The notes: a model not told the origin generated them from the sequence alone. Positions 20,179-30,253 are shown, counted from the first letter of the stretch. The stretch is DNA of 64,000 nt from a virus (IMGVR_UViG_3300032280_000642:64001-128000), one strand, 5' to 3'. Translations and numbers: made by a program.

Positions 20179-21171
20179 TTACTCTTTAAATACTAATTTT
20201 TCTAATCTATCTAACCAACCAGCACCGTGTCTTTTAAAAGTTCTAGCTTCTTTATATCTTTCTTCACGATATTTCTTAATAGAGTCAAATAGCTTATTTT
20301 GTTCTAAAGTATTAAGTTGTTTAATATAATCTCCTTCAAATGGATTTGTATCATCTGATATTTCAATTCCATTATCTCTTAAAACATTTCTTAATATAGA
20401 TTTCATACCAGTAATACCTTGATTTACACAGCCATCATAAACAACATCAGCAACTGATTGATTGCAAAATCTTTCAATTTTTTGGTCATCCCAATATTGA
20501 TTTTTATAAATATCCAATGCTGTTTCATATGGTAAATTTATCATATCTTCTTTTTTAGGCAATTTGCCTAAATATTTCATTAAAACTGGTGCAGAAATAC
20601 CATATTTACTACCAATAAATCTTTTTAATTTCTTACCACCCATTTCAAACTCAACAAAGTTTCCTGTATCACCTCTATCATCTGAATAATCTCCTTCTGC
20701 AAGAGCTACAACCTTTTGAGAAACGTCAAAAGAAGCTTTCTTAGTCACTTTTATAAACTCTTTGACTATTTTCTTGTCTGCATTATATTGATCAGCTGAT
20801 TGCGTTAAATAAGCTACGGAACCGAATAATAGGAACACACTTGCATAGTTAATTAAAAGTTTTCTTCTAGTTTTTTCTGGAAGAAGTTTTATCTTATCTA
20901 AAAGCTTATAAAAGTATTTTATTACCTGTTCTTTTGGTAATTTAGATAAGAATGCTTTTAACTTTTCTAAAACTTTAGAAGTTGTAGAAGTGTTATTTGC
21001 TTTTGTTAAATCCCATTCAAAAGTAACTGGCTTTTCTTCTACTGGTTTTTCAGTTTCTTTTTTTATATCCCAAGTAAATGTAGGACTAGGTTCGTCAGAT
21101 TCTAATAATAAAAAAATATCATTTATTATAGATTCAAATAAAAAATCATTATATTTGTACAAATTATTCAT
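20179..21171 (-). CDS. GH108-like N-acetylmuramidase with leader motif and internal hydrophobic segment
   Basis: AEGDYSDDRGDTGN...SKYGIS...ALDIYKNQYWD...VYDGCVNQG...GWLDRL. Confidence 0.75.
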   Translation of the reverse strand: MNNLYKYNDFLFESIINDIFLLLESDEPSPTFTWDIKKETEKPVEEKPVTFEWDLTKANNTSTTSKVLEKLKAFLSKLPKEQVIKYFYKLLDKIKLLPEKTRRKLLINYASVFLLFGSVAYLTQSADQYNADKKIVKEFIKVTKKASFDVSQKVVALAEGDYSDDRGDTGNFVEFEMGGKKLKRFIGSKYGISAPVLMKYLGKLPKKEDMINLPYETALDIYKNQYWDDQKIERFCNQSVADVVYDGCVNQGITGMKSILRNVLRDNGIEISDDTNPFEGDYIKQLNTLEQNKLFDSIKKYREERYKEARTFKRHGAGWLDRLEKLVFKE

Positions 21172-21194
21172 AAACTATATATTAAAATTTTTAC

Positions 21195-21803
21195 ATGAAA
21201 AGATTATTATTATTTCCATTTGTATTTCTTTATAACACCATAAAGAAAAATATTTTAAAAACTATTTGGATAGCACTTGCTATTATCGGATTTCATTTTT
21301 CACAGGGTTACAGTGAAGATGTTATTGAATCAAAAACTGCAACTCATGTTATAAAAACTGGTAAAAACTACATTTACTTTTTTGACGCAGGAGATAATCG
21401 TTATTCAACAATGGTTTTTGATGGGCCACTAAAGAATAATACTTATGTTTATAAAGATACTCAAGGTGAATATATTTGGTTACAAGCATTAGGTTGGGTA
21501 TCACTTATTGTTTTAGTAATTTGTTTTATTGTAGGTATCTCTGGTGATGATACTGCTGCTTGGGAATTTGATGAATGTTTTGAAAAATCATTATCTTTTT
21601 TAATTGATTGTGAATTTGAGGATAATAAGTTTTATTATTTTGCACTTGGTAGATTAATTCGAAAAAGTGATAGACAAGTAAGTGACCATTATAAAAATAT
21701 GGCAAACGAGTTAAATATTCATAGTTTTAGTGATATATTAAATTGTCCTAAGTTTATGACAAGATCACAAAGAAGAGGTAAGTTATTAGATGAATTAGTA
21801 TAA
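21195..21803 (+). CDS. Two-TM membrane protein with C-terminal RRGKLLDELV motif
   Basis: Two hydrophobic segments; TATATTTG at 21150-21157 upstream. Confidence 0.65.
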   Translation: MKRLLLFPFVFLYNTIKKNILKTIWIALAIIGFHFSQGYSEDVIESKTATHVIKTGKNYIYFFDAGDNRYSTMVFDGPLKNNTYVYKDTQGEYIWLQALGWVSLIVLVICFIVGISGDDTAAWEFDECFEKSLSFLIDCEFEDNKFYYFALGRLIRKSDRQVSDHYKNMANELNIHSFSDILNCPKFMTRSQRRGKLLDELV

Positions 21804-21827
21804 AAAAGTCCCAATTGGGACTTTTTT
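21802..21827. terminator. Bidirectional terminator, perfect 26-bp palindrome
   Basis: AAAAAAGTCCCAATTGGGACTTTTTT. Confidence 0.8.
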
Positions 21828-22290
21828 ATTTATTGTAGTTTTTCAAAAGATCAACTAATCTATTTAATGTTTCATCATCTAGTGAATACCAACCTTCATC
21901 ATTTGTTATATCTTTAATATCTTTACCAAGTTGTTCTTTATCAACTCCATCTTCACAAAGCCAATGGTATAATTCAACACACTCAGTTGCTAAATCAAAT
22001 TGATTGTATCCAGTAGCCTCATCTACACTATTAGTTTCTTCTTCTTTTAAATCTCTTAAATCAGATACTTGACTAGGTTTTCCCTTTTTTCTCTTTCTTT
22101 TGATTGGCTCTCCCGAACCTAATCCAAATCCAATGTCACCTGAGCCTGAAGTTCCTGGCACACCTGGTAGTGGACCAACTTGTGCGGCGACAACCGGTCC
22201 CATTCCTGCAGTATTTGAAGCATTCACAGTAGCAGTTCCACCACCTTCTCCATCTTCAAAAAACTTTTGATACTTTTTTAAATATTTCAT
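21826..22290 (-). CDS. Hypothetical protein with MKYLKKYQKFFED leader (start revised from 22332)
   Basis: TAATATATA-TACT-ATG at 22290; Gly-rich segment follows the leader. Confidence 0.7.
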   Translation of the reverse strand: MKYLKKYQKFFEDGEGGGTATVNASNTAGMGPVVAAQVGPLPGVPGTSGSGDIGFGLGSGEPIKRKRKKGKPSQVSDLRDLKEEETNSVDEATGYNQFDLATECVELYHWLCEDGVDKEQLGKDIKDITNDEGWYSLDDETLNRLVDLLKNYNK

Positions 22291-22326
22291 AGTATATATA
22301 TTAAATAAAAAAACTACATTTGTGTC

Positions 22327-22677
22327 ATGCAATTAAAAATTAATAGATTATCTTATCAAAAGTTATGTGTACATAACACCGTTGAAATCAAGTGTGGTGA
22401 AAAGCACATTGGTTATTATGATATTAGTACTACTTATAAAATAATGGAAGATAATTTCTTACAAATGTTATATTCTGATAGATTTATTACAAAACTTAGT
22501 AATATTTACGGAATTAAGAAAAAATATATTCAAATGAAATTAAAAAATTCAGATGATATAACCCTTGAAAACACTAACTATCCCAACAGTAAGATAGTTT
22601 TTGAGATAGAGTTTAATGATCCTATTTGGTTCATAAAGTACAATAGAGATATGTTAATCAAGCATTTACTTAATTAA
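22327..22677 (+). CDS. Hypothetical protein with C-terminal NRDMLIKHLLN motif
   Basis: TACATTTG at 22315-22322, 4 nt before the ATG. Confidence 0.65.
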   Translation: MQLKINRLSYQKLCVHNTVEIKCGEKHIGYYDISTTYKIMEDNFLQMLYSDRFITKLSNIYGIKKKYIQMKLKNSDDITLENTNYPNSKIVFEIEFNDPIWFIKYNRDMLIKHLLN

Positions 22678-22730
22678 CAGAAAAAAGTTACAATATTCTT
22701 TTAATATATAAAAGAAAAATATTGTAAATT

Positions 22731-23543
22731 ATGTTATTAAAAGTAGGTTCAAAGGGAGACGATGTTAAGAAACTCCAAGAGAAATTAGGTACTACGGCTG
22801 ATGGAGATTTCGGACCAGGTACAGAGAAATTAGTAAAAGAATGGCAATCCGCAAATGGTTTAACAGCTGACGGACTTGTTGGTGATGGAACTTGGACAAA
22901 AATGTTTGGTTCGGCACCAGTTGCAGTACCGGTTACATCAGGAACTTTAAAGTTAGAAAAATTAAAAGGACACATTCCTGATGCAGTAATTGCACAAATT
23001 CCAGATACTGCTGCAAAATTTGGTATTACTACAAATTTAAGATTAGCTCACTTTTTATCACAATGTGGCCATGAGTCAGGTGGTTTCAAAGCAGTTTCAG
23101 AAAACTTAAACTATTCTGCAGATGGATTAGTAAAAATATTTGGTAAATATTTTAATGCTACTACTGCAGCAGGTTATGCAAGAAATCCAGAAAAAATTGC
23201 TTCTAAAGTTTATGCATCAAGAATGGGTAACGGTAACGAAGCTTCAAAAGAAGGTTTCAAATTTAGAGGTAGAGGTTATATTCAATTAACTGGTAAAGAA
23301 AACTATACAAAATTTGGTAAATTTATTGGTGAAGATATTGCTTCAAATCCAGATTTAGTTGCAACTAAATATCCTTTAGCTTCTGCAGCATTCTTCTTTA
23401 ATTCTAATGGTCTTTGGGCTATTTGTGATAAAGGTGCTGATACGGCGACAGTTACTGCAGTAACTAAAAGAGTAAACGGAGGAGTCATTGGGCTAGATGA
23501 TCGTATTAAACACTTCAAAGAGTATTATAACTTATTGAAATAA
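22731..23543 (+). CDS. Endolysin: PG_binding_1 domain plus GH19 (chitinase-like) muramidase
   Basis: LKVGSKGDDVKKLQ..DGDFGPGTE..DGLVGDGTW; HFLSQCGHES, ENLNYS, FRGRGYIQLTG, VTKRVNGG. Confidence 0.9.
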   Translation: MLLKVGSKGDDVKKLQEKLGTTADGDFGPGTEKLVKEWQSANGLTADGLVGDGTWTKMFGSAPVAVPVTSGTLKLEKLKGHIPDAVIAQIPDTAAKFGITTNLRLAHFLSQCGHESGGFKAVSENLNYSADGLVKIFGKYFNATTAAGYARNPEKIASKVYASRMGNGNEASKEGFKFRGRGYIQLTGKENYTKFGKFIGEDIASNPDLVATKYPLASAAFFFNSNGLWAICDKGADTATVTAVTKRVNGGVIGLDDRIKHFKEYYNLLK

Positions 23544-23544
23544 T

Positions 23545-23574
23545 AAAAAAGTCGAGTAAATCTCGACTTTTTTT
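23545..23574. terminator. Bidirectional intrinsic terminator
   Basis: AAAAAAGTCGAG-TAAAT-CTCGACTTTTTTT. Confidence 0.8.
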
Positions 23575-24244
23575 ATTGTAATAACTTTTCTAGTTTAACA
23601 TTTCTCATAATAGATTCATAACCAACTAAAGAAATTTTAGATATTGTATCAACTATTTTATCCTTATTAAAGAATCCATTGTAAATAGTTACATTACTAT
23701 CACTACTATAAATAACTTTTACAAATAAATTAGGTTGTAATCTAACTATAAACTTTTCAATGAATTTATTATCTTCATCATGTATTTCAATATAAAATGA
23801 TTGTTCATACTCTGCACCATAATTAAATTGTGACTTAGTAAATCCTAGCTTATCCAGGTACTCAATAACTAAGTCCTGCTTTTTATAACGACAAGTAAGT
23901 TTAGTTTCAGTATCATAGTAAGAAAATCTTGAAGGAAATCCTTCAAAGAAGTCAATGCCACCAATATGATAAGTATCATTATATTTCTCCAACTCTTTAT
24001 CTAACTCACCTGTAAGATAAGCTAGTTTTTCTTCTCTTGAAGAAGAATTACTTATAATTTTTTTAGTTATCTCACTATCAAAGATAAAATAAGTTTGTCC
24101 TGTTAAAGAAGCAGTTCTTTCACAATTATCAATTAGTTCTTGTGAAATTTCACTCTTTTCGTAGGTAAAAAATGTTTCGTGCTTTTTTTCTTGTTCAGTA
24201 TCTTCATCAATAAATCCAATACCTTTACCTTGTATTATTTTCAT
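23573..24244 (-). CDS. Hypothetical protein with C-terminal MRNVKLEKLLQ motif (start revised to MKIIQG)
   Basis: AAAC-N17-TATAA directly upstream on the minus strand; the longer N-terminus overlaps the divergent gene. Confidence 0.65.
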   Translation of the reverse strand: MKIIQGKGIGFIDEDTEQEKKHETFFTYEKSEISQELIDNCERTASLTGQTYFIFDSEITKKIISNSSSREEKLAYLTGELDKELEKYNDTYHIGGIDFFEGFPSRFSYYDTETKLTCRYKKQDLVIEYLDKLGFTKSQFNYGAEYEQSFYIEIHDEDNKFIEKFIVRLQPNLFVKVIYSSDSNVTIYNGFFNKDKIVDTISKISLVGYESIMRNVKLEKLLQ

Positions 24245-24318
24245 AAACATTATATAAAAAATAAAAAAATGGTTTTTCAAATATAATATATAATTAAACA
24301 AAAAATATAGAAATATAA

Positions 24319-24660
24319 ATGAAACATTTAAAAACATTTGAATCTCATTCAATAAATGAAGAAGAAGGAAGAATATCACAGTTTTTTAGAGGTCACGATT
24401 CAAGTGAAGATAGAGATGCAAAAATGAGAGAATTCTTTAAAGAATTGGATTCTTATGAAGCGCAGGCTAAAAATGATACTGAGATAGTATTTAATAGACA
24501 ATCTTTAGAGAAAAAAGCTAAAGACAATAATTATAAAGGTCATTTAGAAGCTAGAGATTCTAGAAGTGGTGGTACTTATATCATATATGTTGATGGGGTA
24601 TCTGATTTTGGAAAACTTGCATCACTTGCGGCAAATAGAAGAGATAATCCACTAGGATAA
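24319..24660 (+). CDS. Hypothetical protein with MKHLKTFES leader
   Basis: TAATATATA upstream. Confidence 0.7.
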   Translation: MKHLKTFESHSINEEEGRISQFFRGHDSSEDRDAKMREFFKELDSYEAQAKNDTEIVFNRQSLEKKAKDNNYKGHLEARDSRSGGTYIIYVDGVSDFGKLASLAANRRDNPLG

Positions 24661-24698
24661 TAATTTTCTTATATTAACAATAAAAAAAATCTCGTCTA

Positions 24699-25121
24699 TT
24701 AAGAACGAGATTTTTTTAATATTTTTTTATCTACTTTATCTAAAGATTTTAAACCACATTCATTGATTTTATCTAGGACATCATCAACGGTTTCATTATC
24801 TAATCTAAACCTTTTAAATAATTTAGGAGTAAGTGATTCTACTTCTGGATACAATTTTTGTAACTCACCAGAAATCACTTTGTTAGAAACATCTTTGATT
24901 TCAATTACAAAATATTTTTTCATTATATCAACAACTCTTTTCAATTTTATAGTATTTAATCTAACAAACATTTCATCGTTATCAGAAAATCCTATATAAT
25001 TAGTATCTTTTTCGTTTAAAGAAAGTGCAATCTCTTCAAAAAATGGATGTGAGAAATCATTATTATCTGAATTAATGTTTTCAACATCCTCTACAATAGT
25101 TATTTGATATATTCTATTCAT
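24699..25121 (-). CDS. Hypothetical protein with C-terminal DUF6576-like motif
   Basis: VDDVLDKINECGLKSLDKVDKKIL resembles the IDxILDKIxxxGxxSL tail of Bacteroidota rhomboid proteases. Confidence 0.55.
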   Translation of the reverse strand: MNRIYQITIVEDVENINSDNNDFSHPFFEEIALSLNEKDTNYIGFSDNDEMFVRLNTIKLKRVVDIMKKYFVIEIKDVSNKVISGELQKLYPEVESLTPKLFKRFRLDNETVDDVLDKINECGLKSLDKVDKKILKKSRS

Positions 25122-25228
25122 ATCTTATATATTTAGATCTCAAATATAAAACAAATAACTTAATTACCAAAATAATTCTAACTTTTTTTGTAAAAATGTA
25201 TATAAAATAAAAAATAGACGGAAATAAA

Positions 25229-26755
25229 ATGCTGGTAGAAACACAATATTTAACAAATACAAAGAAATTAGTAGTAAGCTATGTAGATAAAACGGGCGAT
25301 ATAAAGCTAAAGTATTACAACTGGGACACCCCAATGAAATATGTATCTTGTGAAGATACAGATCCACAAAAACACGCTGAATTTAGATCTTGGGATGGTA
25401 AATCAGTAAAACAAATCGAAGTAAATCATCCTGATAGATACGCAATCTATGAGTTTTTAGATTCACTTCCAGAAAAAGAAAAAGAAGAAATCTTTGAGTT
25501 TAACTTACCAAAGATATTCTTTATAGATATTGAAACAGAAATCGTTGATGGTTTTCCAGAAGCCGCGGATATTAAAGATGCAGACGGAAATGTTATAAAA
25601 GAAGGTGCCGCAACTGCAGTACTTTCTATATCTATCGTTTATGACGATAAAATTATTCTTCTTGGTTTAAAAGATATGCCAGAAGATATGCAAAATAGAA
25701 TTTGTGATAACACAAATAAATACTTTGAGAAATTTGGTACAGAATATAAGTTTAGATATGTTAAATACGAATCTGAATTTGATATGCTTTACGCTTTCTT
25801 TGAGAAAATGATTCCAAAAATGCCAATTTTAACTGGTTGGAACTTCTTACAATATGACTGGTTATATTTAGTAAACAGAAGTAGAAAAATTTCTAAATGG
25901 GCTAACGGTAAAGAATGGAAAATAGACCCTGCCGTTTCATCACCTTTAAAAAGAATAAATAAAATGTGGGGTACTGATTATGAAGTTCCTGCACATAGAA
26001 TGATTTTTGATTACATGCAATTGTATGAAATCTGTGATACCTCTATAAAAGTAAAGGAATCTTCTTCTTTAGATTTCGTTGCCAATAAGTTAGTTGGAGT
26101 TGAGAAGATTAAGTATAACGGTTCATTACAAAAACTTTATGAAGACGATTTTGAAACATTTATGTATTATAACGCGGTCGATTCAGTACTTGTACAGAAA
26201 ATACACGAATCAAGAAACTATATTTCAATTATTTATGCGATCTCATCATTAGCAAAGATTAGAATTGTCGATGTAGTATCTCAAATGAATAACGCATTAG
26301 GTTCATTGGCGATTACCGAAGGAGTTTTAAGAAACAGATTTAGAGAAATGGACAACATTGTTCTTTTCAAAGATGAACGAGGTGATGGAGAATCAACAAT
26401 TGCTGGTGGTTGGGTTAAAGACCCTGTAGTAGGAATGAATAGATGGGTAGTTATTTATGACTTTGCATCACTATATCCTACAACTCAAAGACAATTCTTT
26501 ATTGCACCAGAGACATTTGTTGGAGTTCAAGACGAAAAGAACAAAGGTTTCTGTGATAATGGTAGACCGATTGACGAGGAAAAACACGTTGTTTGTGTAA
26601 ATGGTGTAGTTTTTGAGAAAAGACTATCACCAACACTTAGAATGTTAGAAGATGTTTATGCAGATAGAAAGTATAACAAAGGAATTATGATGAGAAAGAA
26701 AGATGAACTAAAAGAAGTTATGGATCAAATAAAAGAACTTGAAGAATCACTATAA
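25229..26755 (+). CDS. Family B DNA polymerase, N-terminal subunit (3'-5' exonuclease plus motif A) of a split enzyme
   Basis: DIETE (ExoI), GWNFLQYD (ExoII), YNAVD (ExoIII) and YDFASLYP (motif A); ends in the fingers helix with no KxxxNSxYG or DTDS. Confidence 0.85.
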   Translation: MLVETQYLTNTKKLVVSYVDKTGDIKLKYYNWDTPMKYVSCEDTDPQKHAEFRSWDGKSVKQIEVNHPDRYAIYEFLDSLPEKEKEEIFEFNLPKIFFIDIETEIVDGFPEAADIKDADGNVIKEGAATAVLSISIVYDDKIILLGLKDMPEDMQNRICDNTNKYFEKFGTEYKFRYVKYESEFDMLYAFFEKMIPKMPILTGWNFLQYDWLYLVNRSRKISKWANGKEWKIDPAVSSPLKRINKMWGTDYEVPAHRMIFDYMQLYEICDTSIKVKESSSLDFVANKLVGVEKIKYNGSLQKLYEDDFETFMYYNAVDSVLVQKIHESRNYISIIYAISSLAKIRIVDVVSQMNNALGSLAITEGVLRNRFREMDNIVLFKDERGDGESTIAGGWVKDPVVGMNRWVVIYDFASLYPTTQRQFFIAPETFVGVQDEKNKGFCDNGRPIDEEKHVVCVNGVVFEKRLSPTLRMLEDVYADRKYNKGIMMRKKDELKEVMDQIKELEESL

Positions 26756-26760
26756 ATAAT

Positions 26761-26788
26761 AAAACCTCTACAGAGAAGTAGAGGTTTT
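26761..26788. terminator. Bidirectional intrinsic terminator
   Basis: AAAACCTCTAC-AGAGAA-GTAGAGGTTTT. Confidence 0.8.
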
Positions 26789-26993
26789 ATTCATTTAGAG
26801 CGTCAATATGTTGAGTGAAATATTGTCCAAATTTTTCAATACAAAGGTCATAGATTTCAAACTCATTTGAAAGTCCTCTCTCCAATAATTCGTCAATAAA
26901 ATTAAAAATTTCATCTGCTGTTGTATAAACAGAAAATTCGTCGTGATGTAAGATATGTTCCATAGAAAAGTGGTAGTTTAATCTATATATCAT
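26787..26993 (-). CDS. Small acidic hypothetical protein (start possibly at MEHIL, 26963)
   Basis: Ends at the terminator; ATATATA lies in the first codons, suggesting a downstream start. Confidence 0.5.
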   Translation of the reverse strand: MIYRLNYHFSMEHILHHDEFSVYTTADEIFNFIDELLERGLSNEFEIYDLCIEKFGQYFTQHIDALNE

Positions 26994-27060
26994 ATAAAAA
27001 ATATAAAAAACCTTGTTTTTTAATAAAAAACTAAAATAAATTTAAAAAAAATCATTTTTT

Positions 27061-27086
27061 AAACAATTATCTTTTATATCATATAA
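27061..27086 (+). promoter_or_regulatory. Putative middle-class promoter AAAC-N17-TATAA
   Basis: AAAC 27061-64, TATAA 27082-86. Confidence 0.55.
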
Positions 27087-27112
27087 AAAGTAACAAAAAA
27101 ACCATAGCAAAT

Positions 27113-28780
27113 ATGTCATTAAAGAAAGACCTTTCAAAATATCAACCACGTCAACAACAACAAGAAGCAATAGATTTTATAGACCAACAATTTAAAAAAG
27201 ATCCAACAACTAAGTTTTTCTTATTAGATATGCCCGTGGGAACAGGTAAGTCTCATTTAGCTTTAATGATAGCAGATTGGTATAAAAGAAGTAAAAATAA
27301 AATGGCTAGAGTTGATATAATTACCAACTCAAAAATTCTACAAGATCAATACTCAAGTACTTATGAATCTATTGCAGATTTAAAAGGTAAAGAAAACTAT
27401 GAATGTTCTTCTTATGCTTGTTCTTGTGCACAAGGTGCCGAGTTTAATCGTTTAAACAAAACTTCTTGTGAGGTTTGCCCTTATTCTTCAGCTAGAGAAA
27501 GTTATATAAGTAGTGGAGTTTCTTTAACAAACTTTTATCTTTATATTCTTTATGCAATGTATAATCAAAAGCTAATGGATGCTAGAGATGCAAGAGTTTT
27601 GATTGTAGATGAGGCACACGACTTTGATGATATAATGAGTTCATTTATTTCTATTAAAATAACTGAAGCTGTAATTAAAAGATTTAGTTTTTCTAATGAA
27701 CATGATTTGATTTCAAGACTAAAGGCAGTTACTACTATTAGTGGTTATGTTGATTTCCTAGTTTACTTTAACAATGAGGTTGTTACTACAATGGAACAGA
27801 TGGAGAAAGGTATGTCTAAGGCAGAAAGAGACGTAGTTCAAGACAAAAGAGATTTAAAAATCAACAAAGTTTTAAACGGTAAAAACAGTGATGTTAAACT
27901 AATGCAACTGATTACTGATTTAAACCAATATAAAATGAAGATTGAACTATTCTTAACTGAATATAAAGCAAATCCTAATAACTGGGTATTAGAACCTTCT
28001 TATAATGAAAAGTTAAGACAAAAAGAACTATCATTGGAACCAATTTGGGCTTATGATTACCTAGACAAGTATGTTTTTTCTCACTATGATATGGTCTTTT
28101 TAATGTCTGGTACTATTTTAGACAAAAATCTTTTCTGTCAGTTAAATGGATTAGATGTTACTAAAGCCGCTTATCACTCGATTGAGTCTCCTTTCCCTGT
28201 AAAGAATAGACCTATTATTTATATGCCGATTGGTAAGATGTCTTATAAGAATAAAGAAGAAACTTTTCAAAGATATATTCCTTATATTAAGAAGATAATG
28301 AATAAGTATGCTGGTCAGAAAGGAATTATACATACAAATTCATTTGAATTATCAAATTGGATCCAAAAAGGAATAAAAGATAAGAGATTTGTATTTCATG
28401 ACTCAACAAATAAAGATGAAATTTTAAGAATGCACTGTGAAACTGATAAACCAACGGTTTTAGTTAGCCCTAGTATGGATACTGGTGTTTCATTAGATGA
28501 TGATTTAGCAAGATTTCAAATTATTGCTAAAGTTCCTTATCCAAGTTTAGGTTCTCAAAAGAATAAAATGAGACAAAGTAATAATCCTGATTGGTATGCT
28601 TGGAAGACTGTTTCCGGATTTATTCAAATGACTGGTAGACCAGTACGTTCGATTGATGATTATGCAGATACTATTATAATTGACGGTTCATTTGGAGACG
28701 TTTTAAGACATAGTTCTCACTTCTTACCTAATTGGATTCAAGACGCTATTAAAAAGGTTACCATTAAAGCCACAACATAA
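27113..28780 (+). CDS. DinG/XPD-family SF2 helicase with probable Fe-S cluster
   Basis: Q motif PRQQQ, PVGTGKS, KGKENYEC..C.C..C..CPY, DEAH, MSGT, KVPYP and QMTGRPVR. Confidence 0.85.
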   Translation: MSLKKDLSKYQPRQQQQEAIDFIDQQFKKDPTTKFFLLDMPVGTGKSHLALMIADWYKRSKNKMARVDIITNSKILQDQYSSTYESIADLKGKENYECSSYACSCAQGAEFNRLNKTSCEVCPYSSARESYISSGVSLTNFYLYILYAMYNQKLMDARDARVLIVDEAHDFDDIMSSFISIKITEAVIKRFSFSNEHDLISRLKAVTTISGYVDFLVYFNNEVVTTMEQMEKGMSKAERDVVQDKRDLKINKVLNGKNSDVKLMQLITDLNQYKMKIELFLTEYKANPNNWVLEPSYNEKLRQKELSLEPIWAYDYLDKYVFSHYDMVFLMSGTILDKNLFCQLNGLDVTKAAYHSIESPFPVKNRPIIYMPIGKMSYKNKEETFQRYIPYIKKIMNKYAGQKGIIHTNSFELSNWIQKGIKDKRFVFHDSTNKDEILRMHCETDKPTVLVSPSMDTGVSLDDDLARFQIIAKVPYPSLGSQKNKMRQSNNPDWYAWKTVSGFIQMTGRPVRSIDDYADTIIIDGSFGDVLRHSSHFLPNWIQDAIKKVTIKATT

Positions 28781-28806
28781 AAAAAGACCCAATTGGGTCT
28801 TTTTTT
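28779..28806. terminator. Bidirectional terminator, perfect 28-bp palindrome
   Basis: AAAAAAAGACCCAATTGGGTCTTTTTTT. Confidence 0.8.
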
Positions 28807-28825
28807 TATTTATATTAATTTCTGA

Positions 28826-29386
28826 TTATTTCTGTTTTTTAAGTATTGAATCCTGTAATGCTTTTGGTAACTTCTTTTGTGCAGCCGTTAAACCCTTTTT
28901 ATCACCAACTTTACCATCTTTAACATCTTTAGCGGCTTTTTTCATAGGTTCTTTTTTATCACCATTTTTGTTTAAATCTAAGAAATCTGGTTTATCTTCT
29001 TTTCCACCTTTTTTATCGTCTTCTTTATCTTTACTTTTAGCTTTTTGTTTATCTAAATATGCTTTGAAACCTGGATTCATTTTTTTCTTTTCAACGACTC
29101 TTTCATCACCCCATTTTCTGATTGTGTTTCCTGCTTGATTTTCTTCTTCCTCTTCTTCTTCTTCTTCTGATAATCCATAGTCATCTTCATGTTCTCCTAA
29201 TTCATTAGTATCATCACAAGTTGTGCAATCTTCTTCATCTTCTCCAAAGTTTTCAAAGTCATCTTCATTGAATTCATTTCCTTCTTCACCGAATTGGGCT
29301 ACATCACTCTCACGTTCCTGTGCGAATCTACCGTACTTTTCTTCTTCTTCAAATGAAAAGTTTTCAAATCTTTTAATATGTTTCAT
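28826..29386 (-). CDS. Prohead-core/internal-protein-like, acidic N-half and Lys-rich C-half (MKHIKRFEN leader)
   Basis: Poly-E tract; KPDFLDLNKNGDKKEPMKKAAKD and GLTAAQKKLP motifs reminiscent of T4-like phage core proteins. Confidence 0.55.
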   Translation of the reverse strand: MKHIKRFENFSFEEEEKYGRFAQERESDVAQFGEEGNEFNEDDFENFGEDEEDCTTCDDTNELGEHEDDYGLSEEEEEEEEENQAGNTIRKWGDERVVEKKKMNPGFKAYLDKQKAKSKDKEDDKKGGKEDKPDFLDLNKNGDKKEPMKKAAKDVKDGKVGDKKGLTAAQKKLPKALQDSILKKQK

Positions 29387-29470
29387 ATTTTATAAAGCTA
29401 TTTTTTATTATATATTAAACTTTTTTAATGCTTTTTCTGATTTTTAATATAAATTTTTAATATATATGAT

Positions 29471-30253
29471 ATGAAAATAACAAAATTTCAACAATACTCT
29501 CTTCAAGACTCAATGGTTAATGATTTTATCAACTCATTTGACGGTTTAATCACTGAATCCGATGAAACTGAATACAAAAAAATTCAAAAAAGAGTAATAA
29601 GTGATTTAAGATTAAATGGAAATTTGTCTTTAACATTTGGTGCTGGTATTCAAGCACTTTATCCAGTTGTTAGTAAACTAATGACTAATATGAAAATTAG
29701 TTCTATTGAAGTAACTGCAGATAAAGTCGTTCTTTTAACAATATGTGCGTTTACAATAGTTTATTTAGAAGAGAAAAAGTTTAAAGATGGTCAGGAAGAA
29801 GATGTTTTAACTAAAGATTCTAAATCTATGTTAGAAGAATTAAAAATGATGGGTATTGGAAATGGAATTGTTAAGAAAGTAGTTAAACTATTTAAGTCAA
29901 TTACTGCAATTTTTAATTTAATTGGTAAACATATAAATTCAGTAGTTAAAGGATTTGTTGATATGTTCGCTTATACTGCAATTTTGATACCTATAATGAA
30001 TGGTATTCTTTATATAGTTGGTAAATATGATCTAAATGTAGATAGTTTCTTAGAAAATTTTGCTGCATTAACAATGGGAGTTGGTACTCTTATAGCAAAA
30101 AATGGAATTATATCAATTATTGATAAATTAAAAGACAAACTTAGTCAAAAAGATAAAAAAGAAATAGTGGATGAGGTCGATACTAATATAATAAAGAAGG
30201 TATCTGACTTTACACTTAACCCCGAAGATGGTGAAATGATTAATGAACAATAA
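29471..30253 (+). CDS. Hypothetical protein with several hydrophobic segments (late gene)
   Basis: Late promoter 4 nt before the ATG; leader-like MKITKFQQY. Confidence 0.65.
   Translation: MKITKFQQYSLQDSMVNDFINSFDGLITESDETEYKKIQKRVISDLRLNGNLSLTFGAGIQALYPVVSKLMTNMKISSIEVTADKVVLLTICAFTIVYLEEKKFKDGQEEDVLTKDSKSMLEELKMMGIGNGIVKKVVKLFKSITAIFNLIGKHINSVVKGFVDMFAYTAILIPIMNGILYIVGKYDLNVDSFLENFAALTMGVGTLIAKNGIISIIDKLKDKLSQKDKKEIVDEVDTNIIKKVSDFTLNPEDGEMINEQ

Noticed and set aside
24245-24379. Hydrophobic N-terminal extension of ORF 23573..24379
   Set aside because: It is translated AT-rich promoter DNA overlapping the divergent gene; the promoter position supports a start at 24244.
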